DNA of 32,000 nucleotides from Acaryochloris thomasi RCC1774. GTDB lineage: Bacteria; Cyanobacteriota; Cyanobacteriia; Thermosynechococcales; Thermosynechococcaceae. Below are positions 27,456 to 32,000 of this stretch, piece by piece. The translations under genes were made by a program, and so were the position numbers. The notes under the pieces were generated by a model. The model was given only the letters and a program-made list of their open reading frames with translations, had not been told where the DNA came from and made no database searches. Position 1 is the first letter of the stretch. Each line of letters begins with the position of its first letter. Location: the NCBI RefSeq assembly GCF_003231495.1, contig NZ_PQWO01000035.1:1-32000 (forward strand), written 5' to 3'.

Positions 27456-27635
27456 CGTTGGGCTATGTTATAGCTAGACGTCAGCAGAGACGCAAATGGT
27501 TGATAATGGTTTAGGGCTAACCTAAATCAGGATTCATAGGTATTTCTGTTGAACCACCCATAACGATCCGTTATCCCACGAAAAGTAACAGGTGGCACTA
27601 TGTAGAATCAATTACAAGGCAAGAGGGGCAAGTGG

Positions 27636-30542
27636 ATGAGCAATCAAAAAGTTAGGATTTACGAGCTGTCGCGGGAATTAAATTTGGATAATAAAGATAT
27701 TCTGGCCGTATGTGACCAGTTAGACATTGCGGTCAAGAATCATAGCAGTACGATTACGGAGTCTGAGGCTGAAAAAATCCGCAAAAAGGCGGTTTCTATT
27801 TCTACCTCCACTCCTGTAAAGCCTAAGCGCCCTGCTCCACCACCTCAGTCAAGCCCCAGTCCTCGCAAATCTTCTTCACCTCCCAAGCCGATGAAGAAGG
27901 ATCGACCGCGTAAGCAGCAGATTCTTGAGATTCGTAAGCGTTCGTCAAAGTCTGATGAATTTGTTGGATCTGCCTCCACTAGTTCTGCTTCTACGGATGA
28001 TTCTGTGGCTAAGCCCCCTGCGCCTAAGCCGGTCCGACCTCAAGTGTCGCCTCCGGTAAAGCCTAAATCTCCAGGGAGTCGGGTCTCGGCGTCTTCTCCA
28101 GAGCCAACTGAAACCAGGGCTACGCCGCCGCCTATCTATTCAAAGCCTGCGCCTCAGCTATTACGCAAGCCCGCTGTGAAAGGTCCCGGAGCGCCCTCTA
28201 AGTCGGAGGATTCCGCATCGCCAGAGCGCCCAACTCAGCCGAAGCCACCGGTCCCGACTCTGATGAGTCAACCTCGGCGTCCGCAAAAGCCTGCACCGGT
28301 TTCTGCGAAAACAGCAGATACCGAATCTGAGGCTTCAAGTTCAGGCGCAGATGGGATGGAGCTTGACAGCACTGTTGCAGTCCTCGAACCAAAGCCCATT
28401 CCACGATTAGTGAATCGTCACAAGCGACCTAAGTCGAAGGTTGATGATGATGATTCGCTCGAAGACAAGCTGGGTAAATCATCCAAGGCCGCGAAGCAAA
28501 AGCGCAGATCGAAAAAGACCGTTGATGATGATGATGAAGATCTGCTAACGACAGATGATGGTACTCAAGCCACTGTGGACGTCAGTCGTTCCTTGGTTCG
28601 CCCTCCTAAGCCAAAAACAGCTGCAACGAAACAGTCTCGTCCTATGGTGACGGCAACTCGCAGCAGCAATAGAAAGGGCCGTCGTAGGGGTAGCCGAAAC
28701 CGAGATCGTCAGCAACAGCAACAGCAACAGGCCATCGAAGAACGGCCAACGCTGTTGACCTTAGCTACTGATCTGACCGTACAGGAATTGGCCTTAGAGC
28801 TGAAGTTGCCTGAAACGGAAGTCATTAAAACTTTGTTTATTAAGGGTATTGCAGCAAATATTAACCAAACTCTGGATATCGAAACCGCTGAAATGGTCGC
28901 CCAAGAGCTGGGCTACGAAGTAGAGACCGTCGAAGAAGAGTCAATGGCTCGCAAAGTAACAGAGATGATTGATGTAGAAGATCTAGAGAATCTTCAACGC
29001 CGTCCTCCTGTTGTTACGATTATGGGTCATGTTGATCATGGTAAGACTACACTTCTTGACTCTATTCGGGAAACCAAAGTTGCTCAGGGTGAAGCGGGCG
29101 GCATTACCCAGCATATTGGTGCGTACCATGTTGACCTCACCCACAATGATGAAGTTCAGCAAGTCGTATTCCTAGATACTCCGGGGCATGAAGCCTTTAC
29201 TGCGATGCGAGCTCGCGGAACACGGGTTACGGACATCGCTATTCTTGTGGTTGCTGCAGATGATGGCGTTAGACCCCAAACCGTTGAGGCCATTAGTCAT
29301 GCGCGGGCAGCCAAAGTGCCGATCATTGTTGCTATCAACAAAATTGATAAAGAAGGCGCGCAACTCGATCGTGTCCGTCAAGAGCTGACTGAGTATGAGC
29401 TTGTTGCTGAGGATTGGGGTGGTGAGACCATCATGGTCCCAGTGAGTGCTTTGAAGGGCGAAAATCTAGACGCGCTGCTAGAGATGGTTCTCTTGGTAGC
29501 TGAGGTCGAAGATCTCCACGCCAATCCTAATCGTCCTGCGAAGGGAACCGTCATTGAGGCTCACTTGGACAAAGCTCGCGGTCCTGTGGCTAGCTTCCTG
29601 ATTCAGAATGGAACCTTGAAGGTGGGTGATACGCTCGTTGCCGGTTCTGTTTTGGGTAAAGTGAGAGCGATGATTGATGATCGTGGCGAGCGGGTTCAGC
29701 AAGCTGGACCTTCCTTTGCTGTCGAAGTCTTGGGTCTCAGCGATGTTCCTGCTGCTGGTGATGAGTTTGAGGTCTTTGGAGACGATAAGTCAGCTCGATC
29801 TGTCGCTAATGATCGCTCAGATCAGCAACGACAAACTCGACTGCAGCAGGCGATGGCCTCTCGCCGAGTTTCGCTCAATGCCTTTTCTGATCAAGCCCGA
29901 GAAGGAGAGCTTAAAGAGCTTAATCTGATTTTGAAGGCCGATGTTCAGGGATCTGTAGAAGCGATTTTGGGCTCTCTGGGGCAGCTTCCTCAGGATGAAG
30001 TTCAGGTGAGGGTTCTGCTCTCTGCACCGGGTGAGATTAGTGAAACGGATGTCGACCTCGCTGCCGCTAGTAGTGCTGTGATTATTGGCTTCAATACCAG
30101 CCTCGCAACAGGTGCGCGTCAAGCTGCGGATAAAGCAGGTGTTGACATTCGCGAGTACTCAATTATCTACAACTTGCTTGAAGATATTGAGGGGGCGATG
30201 GAGGGCTTGCTAGAGCCAGAACTTGTAGAGGAACCCTTGGGCCAAGTCGAAGTGCGTGCTGTCTTCCCTGCTGGACGTGGTGCTGTTGCAGGTTGCTATG
30301 TCCAGTCGGGCAAGTTAGTTCGCAACTGTCGCATCAGGGTGCATCGTAATGGTGAAGTTGTCCGTGAGGGCATTCTAGACTCGCTGAAGCGTATGAAGGA
30401 GGATGCCCGAGAGGTCAATGCAGGCTATGAATGTGGTGTCGGCTTAGATGGCTTTAAGGACTGGAAGGAAGGAGACGCCATTGAGTCTTTTCAACTGGTT
30501 ACGAAGCGCCGGACCTTGTCTCCTGCAAGTTCAAGCTCGTGA
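27636..30542 (+). CDS. infB: Translation initiation factor IF-2
   Basis: N-terminal IF2_N ([18 protein letters not shown]), a long Pro/Ser/Lys-rich linker and a GTPase domain ([24 protein letters not shown]). The conserved C-terminal domains run to the stop at 30542. Confidence 0.95.
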   Translation: MSNQKVRIYELSRELNLDNKDILAVCDQLDIAVKNHSSTITESEAEKIRKKAVSISTSTPVKPKRPAPPPQSSPSPRKSSSPPKPMKKDRPRKQQILEIRKRSSKSDEFVGSASTSSASTDDSVAKPPAPKPVRPQVSPPVKPKSPGSRVSASSPEPTETRATPPPIYSKPAPQLLRKPAVKGPGAPSKSEDSASPERPTQPKPPVPTLMSQPRRPQKPAPVSAKTADTESEASSSGADGMELDSTVAVLEPKPIPRLVNRHKRPKSKVDDDDSLEDKLGKSSKAAKQKRRSKKTVDDDDEDLLTTDDGTQATVDVSRSLVRPPKPKTAATKQSRPMVTATRSSNRKGRRRGSRNRDRQQQQQQQAIEERPTLLTLATDLTVQELALELKLPETEVIKTLFIKGIAANINQTLDIETAEMVAQELGYEVETVEEESMARKVTEMIDVEDLENLQRRPPVVTIMGHVDHGKTTLLDSIRETKVAQGEAGGITQHIGAYHVDLTHNDEVQQVVFLDTPGHEAFTAMRARGTRVTDIAILVVAADDGVRPQTVEAISHARAAKVPIIVAINKIDKEGAQLDRVRQELTEYELVAEDWGGETIMVPVSALKGENLDALLEMVLLVAEVEDLHANPNRPAKGTVIEAHLDKARGPVASFLIQNGTLKVGDTLVAGSVLGKVRAMIDDRGERVQQAGPSFAVEVLGLSDVPAAGDEFEVFGDDKSARSVANDRSDQQRQTRLQQAMASRRVSLNAFSDQAREGELKELNLILKADVQGSVEAILGSLGQLPQDEVQVRVLLSAPGEISETDVDLAAASSAVIIGFNTSLATGARQAADKAGVDIREYSIIYNLLEDIEGAMEGLLEPELVEEPLGQVEVRAVFPAGRGAVAGCYVQSGKLVRNCRIRVHRNGEVVREGILDSLKRMKEDAREVNAGYECGVGLDGFKDWKEGDAIESFQLVTKRRTLSPASSSS

Positions 30543-30549
30543 CTTCGAT

Positions 30550-30586
30550 GAATTGTTCTTTCTTGATGCCTGACTAGAAAGAATTC
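30550..30586 (+). terminator. A/U-rich hairpin directly after the infB stop; possible weak terminator or processing site
   Basis: TTCTTTCT (30556-30563) pairs with AGAAAGAA (30576-30583). GAA (30550-30552) pairs with TTC (30584-30586) across a 3-nt bulge. The loop is 12 nt and there is no trailing T-run. Confidence 0.25.
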
Positions 30587-30606
30587 CGTAGCCTTGATAA
30601 CGGTTT

Positions 30607-30656
30607 GTGGCCCCTATTTCCATTACCCTGAAAACAGGGGCTAAATGAGGGGTCAC
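30607..30656. other. Nested stem-loop element (9-bp outer stem enclosing a 5-bp/tetraloop hairpin) in the infB-downstream spacer
   Basis: GTGGCCCCT (30607-30615) pairs with AGGGGTCAC (30648-30656) with one G-U pair. The inner hairpin is CCCTG-aaaa-CAGGG at 30626-30639. The strand of any transcript is unknown. Confidence 0.25.
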
Positions 30657-30782
30657 ACTTGCCGTTCAATTACATGCCTGAAGGTGGCTGGAGCGGTGAC
30701 AGTGATTTCTACCTCTCCTAAAACTTTGCGCTATCGTAAAGAAAGCATTAAATTATTGCTCAAGCATGGGTGACTTTTGATT

Positions 30783-30992
30783 ATGGCTCATATCCAATCT
30801 CATTCATCTAATCAAAAACAGGTCAAGACATCAGAGGCTGTTTGGCCGCATCTACGGCGCGTTATCTCTAAGAGCTCGGGCTTTAAGCACTGGGTGCTTG
30901 AACACGGTTTAGATAGTAATGCTAAAGACAATGCTCTAGATACTTTAGTTCACTCATACCTACGTCAGACCCTAGAAACGTTAGCCTACTAA
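30783..30992 (+). CDS. Hypothetical small protein (about 69 aa)
   Basis: This is the only ORF in a 1-kb spacer: MAHIQSHSSNQKQVKTSEAVWPHLRRVISKSSGFKHWVLEHGLDSNAKDNALDTLVHSYLRQTLETLAY. No motif recognised. A 6-bp hairpin (GTATCT...AGATAC) follows the stop. Confidence 0.3.
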   Translation: MAHIQSHSSNQKQVKTSEAVWPHLRRVISKSSGFKHWVLEHGLDSNAKDNALDTLVHSYLRQTLETLAY

Positions 30993-31583
30993 GTATCTTA
31001 GTGAGCTAGAGATACGGCTAATTCAGCATCACCTTGGTTAGGATGCCGAGTGCTTTTCATTAGTGATTGCCTGGGGTATTGTTCCTGCTGTCCCTGTGAG
31101 CGCATTGCGAAGACTTGCTAGTTTAACAGGCCTGTGAATGTGGGTTGTTTCGCTATGCGTCTGCTCACGTTCTGCATCAGTCCTTGTGCTTGAGGTGACT
31201 GAAGACGCTGGCCTGAACGCCTATGCTTTGACGCCAGTCTATCGTGCTGCGGATCTCTGAAAAATAAATAGCTCTTTGTTTCGCTGTGGCGTTCTAATTT
31301 TGTTAATTGGCTCGAGCTGTTGCAGATACATCTGTCGGCAAGCTACGTGATTCAAGCTCTGAAGGGTCAGATTCTCCACCGCTTGCTGCGTGACAAATTG
31401 CAGCGTCCGAAGGACGCTGTTGAATGGAGTTGAGCCACGAAGTGTGTGAGCTGAGTGAAGTGATACCCCGTCCGCTTGCGGCGGGGATGTTCATTCGTTG
31501 GTTGTGATGCAGCCATTGATGCTGACATGCCCGAGCCCCATGCTGTCACTCACCAGCAGCGACTTCTCTAATTTAAATTGGAA

Positions 31584-31668
31584 CGGAGAGGGAGGGATTC
31601 GAACCCTCGTTAAGTTGCCCTAAACAGCATTTCCAGTGCTGCGCCTTCAACCACTCGGCCACCTCTCC
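31584..31668 (-). tRNA. tRNA-Ser (anticodon GGA)
   Basis: The reverse complement is GGAGAGGTGGCCGAGTGGTTGAAGGCGCAGCACTGGAAATGCTGTTTAGGGCAACTTAACGAGGGTTCGAATCCCTCCCTCTCCG. It shows a 7-bp acceptor stem, anticodon stem CAGCA/TGCTG with loop CTGGAAA, a long variable arm and a GGTTCGAATCC T-loop. CCA is not encoded. Confidence 0.9.
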
Positions 31669-31735
31669 AGAGGTATACTGATTACTCAGCCTAGGATAGC
31701 TATGCTAACAGAATGTGCGAGATGACGAAACCCAG

Positions 31736-32000
31736 ATGACCATTTTTACTGTTCATGTTCGAGATCGCCAGAATCAACAGGACTATCAAATCCAGGCCGA
31801 TAGCGATCGCTACATCCTTGAAAGTGCAGAGGCCCAGGGCTTGCGCCTGCCTTTTGCCTGTCGTAATGGTGCCTGCACGACCTGTGCCGTGAGGGTAATC
31901 TCTGGCGATCTACATCAACCTCAAGCAATGGGGCTATCAGAAGAGCTGCAGAAGCAGGGATATGCGCTGCTTTGCGTTAGCTATCCCCAAGCTGAACTGG
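31736..32000 (+). CDS. Plant-type [2Fe-2S] ferredoxin; 3' end lies outside the window
   Basis: My translation is MTIFTVHVRDRQNQQDYQIQADSDRYILESAEAQGLRLPFACRNGACTTCAVRVISGDLHQPQAMGLSEELQKQGYALLCVSYPQAEL. The CxxxxCxxC cluster motif is present, with a later Cys in LLCVSYP. The ORF is open at the window edge, so it is absent from the ORF track. Confidence 0.85.
   Translation, partial: MTIFTVHVRDRQNQQDYQIQADSDRYILESAEAQGLRLPFACRNGACTTCAVRVISGDLHQPQAMGLSEELQKQGYALLCVSYPQAEL

Noticed and set aside
27456-27635. I searched the nusA-infB spacer for the YlxR/DUF448 gene that often sits there
   Set aside because: The longest ORF is about 20 codons (MTLGYVIARRQQRRKWLIMV), with no RxCxxC-type YlxR motif. 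The spacer shows only small hairpins (ATAACG-atc-CGTTAT nested in CCACC...GGTGG) and a good SD (GAGGGG) for infB.
28441-28730. Trinucleotide runs in infB: (GAT)n at about 28441 and 28527, and (CAGCAA)3CAG at 28710-28730 encoding Q7
   Set aside because: Low-complexity, charged or Pro-rich linkers are normal for the IF-2 N-terminal region. They are in frame and give no sign of phase variation.
31303-31549. 63-aa and 60-aa minus-strand ORFs next to tRNA-Ser. I also compared this stretch with TPP and cobalamin riboswitch, tmRNA and RNase P consensus sequences
   Set aside because: Both ORFs are Ser/Ala/Arg-rich with no motifs and overlap each other. None of the RNA family core sequences (CTGAGA...ACCTGATCTGGATAATGCCAGCG, the B12 box, the tmRNA tRNA-like ends) is present.
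31746-31928. 60-aa minus-strand ORF
   Set aside because: It is antisense to the clearly recognisable 2Fe-2S ferredoxin gene.
1-32000. Scan for CRISPR arrays, rRNA genes, long tandem or direct repeats, integrases and phage genes
   Set aside because: Reading through the window, I found no regularly spaced direct repeats, rRNA-like sequence, recombinase or phage structural genes.

Overview
This window reads as a cyanobacterial chromosome segment. I located at least 15 copies of the HIP1 octamer GCGATCGC by eye, and it carries petN, a DesD-type desaturase and a rimP-nusA-infB operon. Most of it is tightly packed housekeeping: nadK, petN, argS, desD, pyrD, a metzincin-like protease, secG, gpmI, a DUF4212 protein with an SSS (acetate-type) symporter, fumC, an AMIN-amidase, smpB, rimP-nusA-infB, tRNA-Ser(GGA) and a partial 2Fe-2S ferredoxin. 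The accessory content is: (i) an IS-type transposase start at the left edge abutting a truncated SDR gene; (ii) hicAB and DUF1778/GNAT (tacAT-like) toxin-antitoxin pairs bracketing an ECF-type transporter whose S component has no assignable substrate; (iii) two AT-rich islets with no HIP1. One islet (2349-3279) holds an orphan 228-aa membrane protein. The other (17828-19348) holds a small 3-TM protein, a Coq4-like HDxxH protein and about 620 bp without ORFs. I did not find a clear, complete, novel multi-gene system. The best leads are the two islets; a 484-aa protein with voltage-sensor-like S1-S4 helices but no pore, next to a CxxC thioredoxin-fold protein; a weak terminator in the rimP-nusA-infB leader; a duplicated anti-SD element in the symporter leader; and a hairpin-rich stretch without ORFs beside tRNA-Ser. 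I saw no CRISPR array or rRNA. All family calls rest on motif and sequence recognition by eye; no searches were run.
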